Positions 17,928 to 26,908 of a stretch of DNA of 64,000 bases are shown here, one piece after another (position 1 is the first letter of the stretch; the number at the start of each line of letters is the position of its first letter). Under the pieces are notes generated by a model. That model was not told the DNA's origin and did no database searches. It saw only the letters and a list, made by a program, of their open reading frames with translations. This DNA is from Cyanobacteria bacterium UBA7753. GTDB taxonomy: Bacteria; Cyanobacteriota; Vampirovibrionia; Gastranaerophilales; Gastranaerophilaceae. Made by a program: the position numbers and the translations under genes. The DNA lies in the NCBI GenBank assembly GCA_002481545.1, contig DLEF01000057.1, positions 4,679-68,678 of the forward strand. Reading direction: 5' to 3'.

Positions 17928-19349
17928 ATGAAAAACAGTATTTTATTTGTCGGTGAAAATTACCCGAAATGGGCGGAAGAGTTAGAGAAAAGCTTTAATC
18001 TAAGAAAAGAACCAAACACATTGAAAGCTTATATGTCAATCTTTGAGTCCGTTCCTGACGCAATAATATATAATGTTTCGGATTTGTTTTACGACGGATT
18101 TTATATGTACTCTTTATTGAACAAAAAAGACAGTACTAAGAAAATTCCTTTTATTTTGACAGGAAAGGAACTCCCTGAAAATATCGATTTCAAAAACGCA
18201 GTTAAGGCTGACGCAGATTTTAAAAAAAATGCCGAGGATAACATAAATAAAATTATTTCGGATAAAAAATTATCCGATGAGGACAAAGCCTCAATCAAAA
18301 AAGATGAACCGAATACGAACGACATCCAAGATTATACAAAATGTATTTTGGAAGAGTTGTTACTCGCCTCTGCAATAACGGAAGAGTTTAAAACATTGAT
18401 AGATTCTATGAACTTTGAGAACGTGTTAGTCGAAAACATCTTCAAGATAATCAATAAATACTTGGATTACGATGTCGCGGGGATATTTATAAACGATTCG
18501 GACGAATCTTCAAGGAATGTATTGAGCCTATCGGTTCCGCACAATAATGTAACGGTTGAGACTACAAACGCAATAAGAGATGAATTTTTCGATGAAATGG
18601 AAAAATACAAACGCGTAAACGAAATCCAATGTAATTTAACAGTGGGCAATGTTGCGGAAAAGAGCGATATAACGGCAAGGGATTTCAAATTTGCAAAAAT
18701 TATACCTTACAAATACGATGATAAGTTGACGGGCGGAATATTCTTCTGCTCGACAAAACAACCTGATGTTTGGCAAAATATGTTCTTTGAAGTTATAAAA
18801 CGCGAAATGGACGCAGTTTTAAAACTCAAATATTTGTTCAACGAACAGGCAAAGAATGCGTTTAAGGATCCAATGACAGGGTTATATACAAGACAATTGT
18901 TTGATTCCAACCTTGAGAACGAATTTTTCAGAGCAAGACGTTATGTCTTCAATTTCTCGCTTGCTATGCTCGATGTGGATTATTTAAGCAAGATAAACGA
19001 GGAATACGGAAAAGACTTCGGGGATTACGTTTTGACGGAATTAAGCAACGTATTAAAAAATGTATTCAGACGTACCGACCTTATCTACAGATACGGCGGA
19101 GAAGAAATAATTATTTATCTGCCGTCCACGCCTATCACAAAGGCGCTAATCCCGATTGAACGTTTGCGCGATAAAATAGCAAACCATAAGTTTGAAAAAG
19201 ACGGCAAAAGCGCGAAAGTAACCGTAAGTATCGGATTATGCGCAAATTATTCTAAGTTTACGGAGCCGATACAGCTTTTGGACGGGGTTGCTAATGCAAT
19301 GATGAGGGCTAAAGAGAGAGGAAGAAACAAAGTTGACATCTTTGAATAA
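17928..19349 (+). CDS. diguanylate cyclase (degenerate REC-like N-terminus + sensor region + GGDEF)
   Basis: DPMTGLYTRQ, active-site variant GGEEI, and an I-site RRTD exactly 5 residues upstream of GGEE. Confidence 0.8.
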   Translation: MKNSILFVGENYPKWAEELEKSFNLRKEPNTLKAYMSIFESVPDAIIYNVSDLFYDGFYMYSLLNKKDSTKKIPFILTGKELPENIDFKNAVKADADFKKNAEDNINKIISDKKLSDEDKASIKKDEPNTNDIQDYTKCILEELLLASAITEEFKTLIDSMNFENVLVENIFKIINKYLDYDVAGIFINDSDESSRNVLSLSVPHNNVTVETTNAIRDEFFDEMEKYKRVNEIQCNLTVGNVAEKSDITARDFKFAKIIPYKYDDKLTGGIFFCSTKQPDVWQNMFFEVIKREMDAVLKLKYLFNEQAKNAFKDPMTGLYTRQLFDSNLENEFFRARRYVFNFSLAMLDVDYLSKINEEYGKDFGDYVLTELSNVLKNVFRRTDLIYRYGGEEIIIYLPSTPITKALIPIERLRDKIANHKFEKDGKSAKVTVSIGLCANYSKFTEPIQLLDGVANAMMRAKERGRNKVDIFE

Positions 19350-20382
19350 TATTCTTGATAAAGCCTGCAAAACCCATGATTTGGAAAAGGAAGAAATTGT
19401 TGAGCTGTTAAATTCCGACGGGAAAGAGTTGTACAAACGCGCCGACGAAGTAAGAAAAGAATATGTCGGGGATGGAGTACACCTGCGCGGACTGATTGAG
19501 TTTTCAAATATATGTAAACAGCAGTGCAAATATTGCGGTTTGCGCTCGCCTAACAACGATGTAAAGCGTTATCGGCTTGAACCTGATGAAGTTATCAAGT
19601 ATGCAAAAAAAGGCGCTGATTTGGGCTATAAAACGCTTGTATTACAATCAGGCGAGGACAGCTACTTTGATGTCGATAAAATGTGTTATATCGTGTCCGA
19701 GATAAAAAAGAACGATGTTGCGGTAACCTTGAGCATAGGAGAACGCACGAGAGAAGAATATAAGGCAATGCGCGAGGCGGGTGCCGACAGATATTTGATA
19801 AGGATTGAGACATCGGACAAAGATTTGTACAAAAAAATGCACCCGAATATGAGCTATGACAACAGAGTCAGATGCCTCAAAGACATCAAAGAACTGGGCT
19901 ATGAAGTCGGGACGGGGTGTCTTGTGGGGCTGCCGGGGCAGAGTGTTGAATCTCTCTCGGGAGATATTTTGTTCTTTAAAGATATCGGAGCCGACATGGT
20001 AGGCGTCGGACCTTTTATTCCGCACCCGAAAACACCTTTAAAATCTGAATTAAATCCGAAAAATTTCGATATGGCACTAAAGATAATGGCAATCACCCGT
20101 TTGATATTGCCATATGATAACATCCCCGCAACTACGGCAATGGAGACAATAAACCCTAACGGCAGAATGATTGCGCTGCAGAGCGGGGCAAATGTCGTTA
20201 TGCCGAATATTCTGGATAGTGAGTATAAACTCAAATACGAGATTTATCCGGGGAAAATTTGCCTTAATGACCGCGGTGAAAAATGCCGAGGCTGTATAGA
20301 AGCAAAGATTAATTCAATCGGCAGATACGTCGCTAAAGATAAGGGGTTTAGGAAACATAAGGCAAACTCCGACAAAGATTAG
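19333..20382 (+). CDS. hydE: [FeFe]-hydrogenase H-cluster radical SAM maturase HydE
   Basis: LRGLIEFSNICKQQCKYCGLR (CX3CX2C), about 349 aa, BioB-like fold motifs. TTG start (19333 or 19342) overlaps the GGDEF gene stop. Confidence 0.8.
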   Translation: MTSLNNILDKACKTHDLEKEEIVELLNSDGKELYKRADEVRKEYVGDGVHLRGLIEFSNICKQQCKYCGLRSPNNDVKRYRLEPDEVIKYAKKGADLGYKTLVLQSGEDSYFDVDKMCYIVSEIKKNDVAVTLSIGERTREEYKAMREAGADRYLIRIETSDKDLYKKMHPNMSYDNRVRCLKDIKELGYEVGTGCLVGLPGQSVESLSGDILFFKDIGADMVGVGPFIPHPKTPLKSELNPKNFDMALKIMAITRLILPYDNIPATTAMETINPNGRMIALQSGANVVMPNILDSEYKLKYEIYPGKICLNDRGEKCRGCIEAKINSIGRYVAKDKGFRKHKANSDKD

Positions 20383-20418
20383 TAACATGTTGACTTCTAA
20401 CTAATCCAAAACTATCGC

Positions 20419-20446
20419 TTGACATTATCTTTTGAGCAAGTAGAAT
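20419..20446 (+). promoter_or_regulatory. promoter of tRNA-Glu
   Basis: TTGACA, 16-nt spacer, TAGAAT, ending 16 nt before the tRNA 5' end. Confidence 0.55.
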
Positions 20447-20462
20447 AATTAATATGTCACGA

Positions 20463-20538
20463 GCCCCCATCGTCTAGAGGCCTAGGACAACACCCTTTCA
20501 CGGTGTAGACAGCAATTCGAATTTGCTTGGGGGTACCA
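20463..20538 (+). tRNA. tRNA-Glu (anticodon UUC), CCA encoded
   Basis: Manual cloverleaf: acceptor GCCCCCA/TGGGGGT, D arm GTCT..GGAC, anticodon stem ACACC/GGTGT with loop CTTTCAC, T arm AGCAA-TTCGAAT-TTGCT, discriminator A plus CCA. Total 76 nt. Confidence 0.9.
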
Positions 20539-20547
20539 TTTTAAAAA

Positions 20548-20570
20548 GCCACTCTGTGAGTGGTTTTTTT
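20548..20570 (+). terminator. rho-independent terminator after tRNA-Glu
   Basis: ccactc-tgt-gagtgg stem-loop followed by TTTTTTT. Confidence 0.8.
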
Positions 20571-20686
20571 AGTGCTTATAGCGCAGATTTCCGCGGTTCT
20601 AATATTTCAAAGGTTATTCATTATAACCGTTTTAAAAACGTCATAATTGTATTATGGCGAAAAGTCAAACGGCGTCATGGGGTTTA

Positions 20687-21520
20687 CTAATCTTCTAAAA
20701 CATCACGCCTTTGTACATCAATAATAGCAAGCGGAATATATTTTAGTAAATCAGATGCAAGTACCGAATACTCGCTCAACATTCCCGAGGCTATCTCTCC
20801 TGCTTTGCCGTGCAAATAAACAGCCAGTTTTGCAGCCTCAAAGTTAGACATCTTCTGCGCACATAACCCCGCTATCATGCCTGTCAAAACATCCCCTGTT
20901 CCTGCCTTAGCGAGTGCGCTGTTGCCCGTATTATTTACATAAATATCTTTTTCTTTAGAGCAAACAACCGTGCTATGCATTTTTAAAACCGTTGTGCATC
21001 CGTATTTATCAGTAATCTCTTTTGCATACTGTATAGGCTTATCCAAGATATCTGAAACTTCCGCCTTCAAAAGTCTTGATGCCTCTTTTGGGTGCGGAGT
21101 CAAAATAAGGTTTTCAGGGAGCTTTGTATCTTCCTTCATCTTAGATAACAAATTCAGCCCGTCCGCGTCGATTATAACAGGTACAGCCAAGCTTGAGACG
21201 GTCTCCAATATTGATTTAAACAGTATTGATACGCTCAATTCCGTAGACAAACCGCAACCTATTGAGATAACGTTATAATCAGGTATTTTCTTCTTTAAAT
21301 TCTCTAACGGCAAATAAACAATATCGGACGTTCTCAAGGATACCGTATGCAATACCTTTGGAGAACTGGATAATGCAACATAACCGCAACCGACTTTAAG
21401 AGCCGATATAGAGGACAAATACGCAGCTCCGGTAAAAAACTCGGAACCCGCAATATTCAGAACCTTGCCGAAAGTTCCTTTATTGGAAAATTGTTCTCTT
21501 TTAGGAAGTTTAAATTCCAT
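20687..21520 (-). CDS. nnrD: ADP-dependent NAD(P)H-hydrate dehydratase (YjeF C-terminal family)
   Basis: NKGTFGKVLNIAGS..FTGAAYLS and GNSALAKAGTGDVLTGMIAGL. Confidence 0.8.
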   Translation of the reverse strand: MEFKLPKREQFSNKGTFGKVLNIAGSEFFTGAAYLSSISALKVGCGYVALSSSPKVLHTVSLRTSDIVYLPLENLKKKIPDYNVISIGCGLSTELSVSILFKSILETVSSLAVPVIIDADGLNLLSKMKEDTKLPENLILTPHPKEASRLLKAEVSDILDKPIQYAKEITDKYGCTTVLKMHSTVVCSKEKDIYVNNTGNSALAKAGTGDVLTGMIAGLCAQKMSNFEAAKLAVYLHGKAGEIASGMLSEYSVLASDLLKYIPLAIIDVQRRDVLED

Positions 21521-21983
21521 TCTGTTTAATCACCTCATATACGGCTACAGCTACCGAATTTGATAAATTCAGGCTTCTTTGTCCTTCTTTCATAGGCAAA
21601 GTAACCGCAGTATCCCTTGTTACATATTCTTTTGGCAAACCCCTTGATTCGGGACCGAATACCAAAAAATCTCCGTCTTTATACTTTACATCAGTATATA
21701 ATTTTTTGCTCTTTGTTGTCAAATAGTAAAATGTAGCCTCGGGAAATCTCTCCTGCAAATCTTCTATCGTGTGCACTCTCTCAATATGCACGCTGTCCCA
21801 ATAATCAAGCCCCGCATGTTTAGTGTATTTATCAGAGAGAGAAAAACCGAGTTTCCCTATCAAATACAAATCGGCACCCGTACATGCGCATAATCTTGCA
21901 ATATTACCCGTATTTTGAGGGATTTCAGGTTCATACAAAGCTACATTAATCGTTGCCATATTATGCCTTAGCCTCGCTGTCAC
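21510..21983 (-). CDS. trmL: tRNA (cytidine/uridine-34 2'-O)-methyltransferase TrmL (SpoU family)
   Basis: INVALYEPEIPQNTGNIARLCA, LVFGPESRGL and SLNLSNSVAV. Confidence 0.85.
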   Translation of the reverse strand: MTARLRHNMATINVALYEPEIPQNTGNIARLCACTGADLYLIGKLGFSLSDKYTKHAGLDYWDSVHIERVHTIEDLQERFPEATFYYLTTKSKKLYTDVKYKDGDFLVFGPESRGLPKEYVTRDTAVTLPMKEGQRSLNLSNSVAVAVYEVIKQNGI

Positions 21984-22563
21984 CTACAACATATTTTGCC
22001 TCAAGTACTACAGGCAACCCTCTGACTACGCAAAGAACGATTGCGATTATTGCTAACCAGTAACCCAATCTGTACATAGGACCTGAATAAGCCTCTAAGC
22101 AAGGTACCTGAGATGCGATAATAACGATAAACGCCAAAACTTTAGCTACGGCATAAGTTATTCTCATAAACTTTGAGCCCGTTATCCATTTGCATATAGG
22201 ATTACGCTGCATACCAAACGGAGTTAATCCCTTTTCCATAGCAGCACTTCTTATCGTATCCGTTATAAAACCTCTTGTTAAAGCGACAAGCGGGAACCAT
22301 AAAGGAAGTAAATCCATATAAGCAAATACTACCCAATAAGTGTTCTCAACGATTCTGTCACTCATAATATCCAACAGAGCACCAAGTTTTGATTGCTCGT
22401 TAAGCTTTCTTGCCAAATATCCGTCCAATCCGTCCAGTGAAAATGCAAGTATTGTCAAAACCAATGCCCAAATACCCGCCGTAGAACTGTCGGTGAATAC
22501 AACAAATAAATATACACCTATGAACATCAAAAATACTCTGAATATTGTTACAAAATTAGCCAA
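21961..22563 (-). CDS. CDP-alcohol phosphatidyltransferase family protein
   Basis: Motif DGLDGYLARK(x8)G(x3)D(x3)DR. I chose the TTG at 22563 (AAGGAG 6 nt upstream). The 17 extra codons in the ORF track are encoded by the REP element. Confidence 0.75.
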   Translation of the reverse strand: MANFVTIFRVFLMFIGVYLFVVFTDSSTAGIWALVLTILAFSLDGLDGYLARKLNEQSKLGALLDIMSDRIVENTYWVVFAYMDLLPLWFPLVALTRGFITDTIRSAAMEKGLTPFGMQRNPICKWITGSKFMRITYAVAKVLAFIVIIASQVPCLEAYSGPMYRLGYWLAIIAIVLCVVRGLPVVLEAKYVVGDSEAKA

Positions 22564-22591
22564 TTTTATCTCCTTATTATTTATTTTATAG

Positions 22592-22619
22592 CGTTGGTGC
22601 GGTGGTGACCGCACCCTAC
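22592..22619 (-). repeat. REP-like palindrome (GTAG head on the minus strand)
   Basis: cgttGGTGCGGTggtgACCGCACCctac, nearly identical to 11079..11106. Confidence 0.7.
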
Positions 22620-22652
22620 ACTTTTATTTAATTCGTAATTCATTATGTCATT

Positions 22653-22673
22653 GTCAGGCAGTGCCTGACCTAC
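22653..22673 (-). repeat. second REP-like palindrome type (GTAG + GTCAGGC..GCCTGAC)
   Basis: GTCAGGCagtGCCTGACctac. Same CTAC tail as its neighbour but a different stem. Confidence 0.55.
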
Positions 22674-22692
22674 ATACTAGGAGCATTACTCT

Positions 22693-23709
22693 TTATTTGC
22701 CCCGTTTTTGTTTTGTTCTTGAAAGAGCGAAACTCTTTTTGTCTAACTTAGCCAAGTCACCGCCAAGCATTACTTTTTCAGCTTCTTCCAAAATCTTGGT
22801 TACATTGTAGCCGTTTTCTCCGTCAGAACGAGCCTTGTGACCTTGTTCACAACATCTGATGAAGTGTTGGCATTCCAACTTCAACGGTTCAATCTCTAAG
22901 TAATCTACAGGAATATCCTGTGCCTTGCCCTCAGCGAAGTTATCATACAAGGTCAACTTGTTTTCAGGTACCGTATCATCCATTATTGCGGTTGCCTTAG
23001 TACCTCTGACAAGCAATTTTACATATTTTTGAGGGGTAATCCAACTATCGGAAATATAGCCGATTACACCGTCTTCAAACTCGATACAAATATGGGTTAT
23101 ATCCATAATAACGTTCTTTTCGGTTGAACATCCGACAGCAGACATAACTCTTACAGGGTGTTTGCCTGTTACATAAGATATCATTGAAACATCATGCGGA
23201 GCCAAATCCCACATAACACTTCTGTCGTTTTTGAAATAGTTAACATTCAATCTGTCACTTTGAGCGTAAACGACATCACCCAACTTACCCTCTTCAATCA
23301 ACATTTTCAATCTGTTTACTGCAGGGTGATATAAAAGCAAGTGACCTACCATAAGAATAAGCCCTTTTTCGTTTGCTAAATCCATAAGGTCTTTAGCTTC
23401 TTGTGCAACGGTTGAGATAGGTTTTTCAACATAAACGTTTTTACCTGCCTCAAGCATCTTTTTAACAATACCGTAGTGAGTATGGCTCGGAGTAACAACC
23501 GCAACACAAGTAATTTCAGGATTATCTATAATCTCTTGCATATCACTTATAACATTTACTGTAGGATACAGTGTTTTTATCTTCTTTCTTGTTTCTTCAT
23601 CTAAATCACATACCGTATCAAGTACGTTCAAATTAAAGAAGTTACGGACAATGTTCTTTCCCCACATTCCGTATCCGATTACCGCTACTCTTGCTTTCTT
23701 ATGCTGCAT
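22693..23709 (-). CDS. Gfo/Idh/MocA family oxidoreductase
   Basis: N-terminal Rossmann motif VAVIGYGMWGKN, EKP motif (YVEKPIS) and a C-terminal alpha/beta domain. Confidence 0.8.
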   Translation of the reverse strand: MQHKKARVAVIGYGMWGKNIVRNFFNLNVLDTVCDLDEETRKKIKTLYPTVNVISDMQEIIDNPEITCVAVVTPSHTHYGIVKKMLEAGKNVYVEKPISTVAQEAKDLMDLANEKGLILMVGHLLLYHPAVNRLKMLIEEGKLGDVVYAQSDRLNVNYFKNDRSVMWDLAPHDVSMISYVTGKHPVRVMSAVGCSTEKNVIMDITHICIEFEDGVIGYISDSWITPQKYVKLLVRGTKATAIMDDTVPENKLTLYDNFAEGKAQDIPVDYLEIEPLKLECQHFIRCCEQGHKARSDGENGYNVTKILEEAEKVMLGGDLAKLDKKSFALSRTKQKRGK

Positions 23710-23736
23710 ATTATTTACCTCTGTTCATTCCCTCTT

Positions 23737-23757
23737 GTCAGGGAACCACCCCCTGAC
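23737..23757. repeat. intergenic GC hairpin of the TTGTCAGG family
   Basis: GTCAGGGaaccaccCCCTGAC, between the oxidoreductase start and the panC stop. Confidence 0.45.
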
Positions 23758-23778
23758 TCTTATTGTTTGTGCTCTGAC

Positions 23779-24633
23779 TTATTTCAACAAAATATTATCT
23801 ATAAGTCTTACTCCGTGTACTCTGCAAGCTATCAGAACTAACGTATTGTCATCAGCCTTTGTTTTATCTTCCAAATTGTCTTTGTCAACAAATTCAAGAT
23901 ATTCCAAATCATGATTTTCATTCAAAAACTTTAACGAAGTTTCTTTTAGTGCAGAAATATCTGTTATGCCTTTATTATAGCATGCTTTGATATTATTCAA
24001 AATTTGGCTTAATGCAAGCGCATCAACCTTACCTTTTTCATCCAAATATTTATTTCTCGATGAGAGTGCCAACCCTGACGGTTCTCTGACAATCGGGCAT
24101 TCAATCAATTCAATCGGAACATTCAAATCATGAACCATTTTATTCAAAATAATAAACTGTTGTGCGTCTTTTTGACCGAAAAATCCGTAATCCGCTTGTG
24201 TAATATTAAACAATTTCATTACAACGGTACAAACCCCGTCAAAGTGTCCTACTCTTGTTTTTCCGCATAATTTATTTACATAAAAATACGGAGGCGCAAC
24301 ATATGTCAAAGTATCATTTGAAAGTCTCTGACCTTTACCGTACATCTCATCTGGTGACGGAGCAAAGATTATATCAGCTCCTATCCCTTCTGCCAATTTA
24401 ACATCAGCGTCCAATGTTCTCGGATATTTGTCATAATCTTCCGCAGGTCCGAACTGGATGGGGTTTACAAATACGGATACAACTACTTTATCACATTTTT
24501 CAACTGCTTTTTTAATCAGTGATGCATGTCCTGCATGCAACGCACCCATTGTAGGAACAACCCCTACAGTCAAACCTTCTTTTTTCCATTGTTTTACATT
24601 ATCTCTGACTTCTTTTATTGTATGTACTAACAT
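23779..24633 (-). CDS. panC: pantoate--beta-alanine ligase
   Basis: VPTMGALHAGHASLI and FGQKDAQQ. Confidence 0.92.
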   Translation of the reverse strand: MLVHTIKEVRDNVKQWKKEGLTVGVVPTMGALHAGHASLIKKAVEKCDKVVVSVFVNPIQFGPAEDYDKYPRTLDADVKLAEGIGADIIFAPSPDEMYGKGQRLSNDTLTYVAPPYFYVNKLCGKTRVGHFDGVCTVVMKLFNITQADYGFFGQKDAQQFIILNKMVHDLNVPIELIECPIVREPSGLALSSRNKYLDEKGKVDALALSQILNNIKACYNKGITDISALKETSLKFLNENHDLEYLEFVDKDNLEDKTKADDNTLVLIACRVHGVRLIDNILLK

Positions 24634-25478
24634 AAAGCTGCCTCTTTTTTCAATTTTTCATTCTCATCTTCTTTGAGATTAAACACTTCATTCTCAGACG
24701 GATAATCACCAGATTTCACGTCTTCACAATATCTTTTTACCGCATCAAGTATAACTGATTTCATATCAGCGTATTTTCTCACAAACTTAGGTTGATAATC
24801 CGAGAATTTACCCAACATATCATCAGAGACAAGGACTTGTCCCGAGCAATACTTTCCTGCGCCTATACTTATTGTCGGAATATGAATATTTTCCGTAATA
24901 TATTTTGCTGCTTCCTCAGGAACCATCTCCAACACAATGGCGAATGCTCCGACCTCTTCCAACTTTTTAGCCTTTTCAAGAAGTTCCTTAACGGCATCAA
25001 CATTCTTCCCTTGGATAGCATGCCCGCCTATGGTATTTATTGATTGAGGCGTAAAACCGAGGTGTCCTAATACAGGAATACCAGCATCAATACAACGTCT
25101 CATAACTTTCAAAAGATAATCGTTGCAACCCTCTATCTTTACGGCATTAGCTCCTGCCTTCAACATATCACCGCAATTTTTGATTGCATCCTCAACGGAT
25201 ATGTTATAGCTCATAAACGGCATATCACCAATAACAAAGGCTCTGTTTACACCTCTCGCAACCGCTCCCACAAATATCAACATTTCATTCATAGAAACAG
25301 ATTGAGTTGACTCATAGCCCAAGGCTACATTTGCAAGAGAATCACCGACTAAGATTATATCTGCACCCGCCTCATCTATATATTTAGCGGTTGAATAGTC
25401 ATACGCTGTCAAAACGGCTATTTTTTCACCGTTGTCTTTCATCTTTTGTATAGTTTTTACGTTTACCTTCTTGATCAT
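24627..25478 (-). CDS. panB: 3-methyl-2-oxobutanoate hydroxymethyltransferase
   Basis: LTAYDYSTA, ILVGDSLANV, GDMPFMSY, VKIEG and GHLGFTPQS. Confidence 0.92.
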   Translation of the reverse strand: MIKKVNVKTIQKMKDNGEKIAVLTAYDYSTAKYIDEAGADIILVGDSLANVALGYESTQSVSMNEMLIFVGAVARGVNRAFVIGDMPFMSYNISVEDAIKNCGDMLKAGANAVKIEGCNDYLLKVMRRCIDAGIPVLGHLGFTPQSINTIGGHAIQGKNVDAVKELLEKAKKLEEVGAFAIVLEMVPEEAAKYITENIHIPTISIGAGKYCSGQVLVSDDMLGKFSDYQPKFVRKYADMKSVILDAVKRYCEDVKSGDYPSENEVFNLKEDENEKLKKEAALC

Positions 25479-25498
25479 AATAATTCTCTTATTTTTTA

Positions 25499-26854
25499 TT
25501 ATTTATTATTTTTGTTTTTGCCGAACAAACGTCTGAACCAACGTTTTCTTTGTTCTTTCTTTATTGTCTTTCTATACCAAATGTAAACAGCTCTGGCAAC
25601 ACGAGAAGAACTGTGCCTTACCAATCCGTCTTTGCATTTGTCTTCCTCAAGCAAATTAGCCGATACCAATTTTACACCAGTAGGAGTCAGATTTTCATTA
25701 TCCAACACTACAGGGAATGAATTGTGTTTAGCGTATGCTGGAGAGATGTTTTTCGGAATATTGTTATTAACCAAAACCGCATCCAAAACATCTTTAGAGC
25801 CTGCGTGAGTCAAAATAGCATTAACGTGGCTTGATACGGAATAATTATCCGTTTCCCCCGGCTGAGTCATAATGTTACAAACATAAATCTTTTTAGCCTT
25901 AGCCTTTGCAACGGCTTGTGCAATTTCTTTAACAAGCAGGTTAGGAATAACACTTGTATAAAGACTGCCCGGTCCCATAACGATTAAATCGGCATTCTTT
26001 ATAGCATCTAATGCTTCAGGCAAAGCCTTACAATCAGCAGGTTCCGTAAATAATCTTTTGATTTTACCTTTAGCCTCAGGAATAGAAGATTCACCATGGA
26101 TAATTCTTCCGTCTTCAATCTCTGCTGCGAGTTTCATATCATCTAATGTTGCAGGCAAAACTCTGCCTCTGATACAAAGTACGTTTGAAGATTCCTTAAT
26201 AGCACCTACCAGATTACCCGTAATAGCACAAAGTGCAGTCAAGAACAGGTTCCCGAAACTGTGTCCTTTTAAGCCTTCACCCATATCAAATCTGTATTGG
26301 AACAACTTTGTGAACAAGTCTTCATCATCCGCAAGAGCTGCGATACAATTTCTGATATCTCCCGGAGGAAGTACACCCATCTCTTCTCTCAAACGTCCCG
26401 AACTACCGCCGTCATCACCCACGGTAACGATAGCAGTAATGTTATTTGTAATTTTCTTTAAGCCTCTGAGTAACATAGAAAGTCCTGTTCCACCGCCTAT
26501 TGCAACGACTCTCGGGCCTTTGTTTAATTTTTTACGTTTATATAATGTTTCAAGTACGTTTTCTTTTTCTTTTTCACTGTGAATATCCAGCATGGAAAGG
26601 TTTGTTCTCTGCCATCCTTTAAAGAAACATATTGCACCCAATACAATTGCAATAGCCGCAACAACATCCGCATTGACGGAAGTTTTAATATCAATTAAAT
26701 AGTGATAAACCTGTACAGGATCCGACAAAGTCAAAATTCCCGCGATGATAAGCAATGCCCCGAAAAATATCAGTGCAAACCAACGTTTTATTTCTAACCC
26801 CGGAATCAACCATCCTGCAGTTTTAGGGATTCTATTCTTAAATATATTTTTCAT
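25499..26854 (-). CDS. yvcK: YvcK/CofD-like gluconeogenesis factor (UPF0052) with N-terminal TM anchor
   Basis: VVAIGGGTGLSMLLRGLK, VTVGDDGGSSGRLR, LPPGDIRNCIAALA and GPGSLYTSVIPNL. Confidence 0.8.
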   Translation of the reverse strand: MKNIFKNRIPKTAGWLIPGLEIKRWFALIFFGALLIIAGILTLSDPVQVYHYLIDIKTSVNADVVAAIAIVLGAICFFKGWQRTNLSMLDIHSEKEKENVLETLYKRKKLNKGPRVVAIGGGTGLSMLLRGLKKITNNITAIVTVGDDGGSSGRLREEMGVLPPGDIRNCIAALADDEDLFTKLFQYRFDMGEGLKGHSFGNLFLTALCAITGNLVGAIKESSNVLCIRGRVLPATLDDMKLAAEIEDGRIIHGESSIPEAKGKIKRLFTEPADCKALPEALDAIKNADLIVMGPGSLYTSVIPNLLVKEIAQAVAKAKAKKIYVCNIMTQPGETDNYSVSSHVNAILTHAGSKDVLDAVLVNNNIPKNISPAYAKHNSFPVVLDNENLTPTGVKLVSANLLEEDKCKDGLVRHSSSRVARAVYIWYRKTIKKEQRKRWFRRLFGKNKNNK

Positions 26855-26908
26855 ACTCTCATATCCTTTTAATATAAACTAACCACTTTTGTAAATATTA
26901 TTATATTC

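Noticed and set aside
20571-20610. gcttatagcgcag... resembles the 5' end (acceptor + D arm) of a tRNA, downstream of tRNA-Glu.
   Set aside because: I could not fold a complete cloverleaf: there is no anticodon or T arm and no matching 3' acceptor strand. It is probably chance or a decayed fragment.
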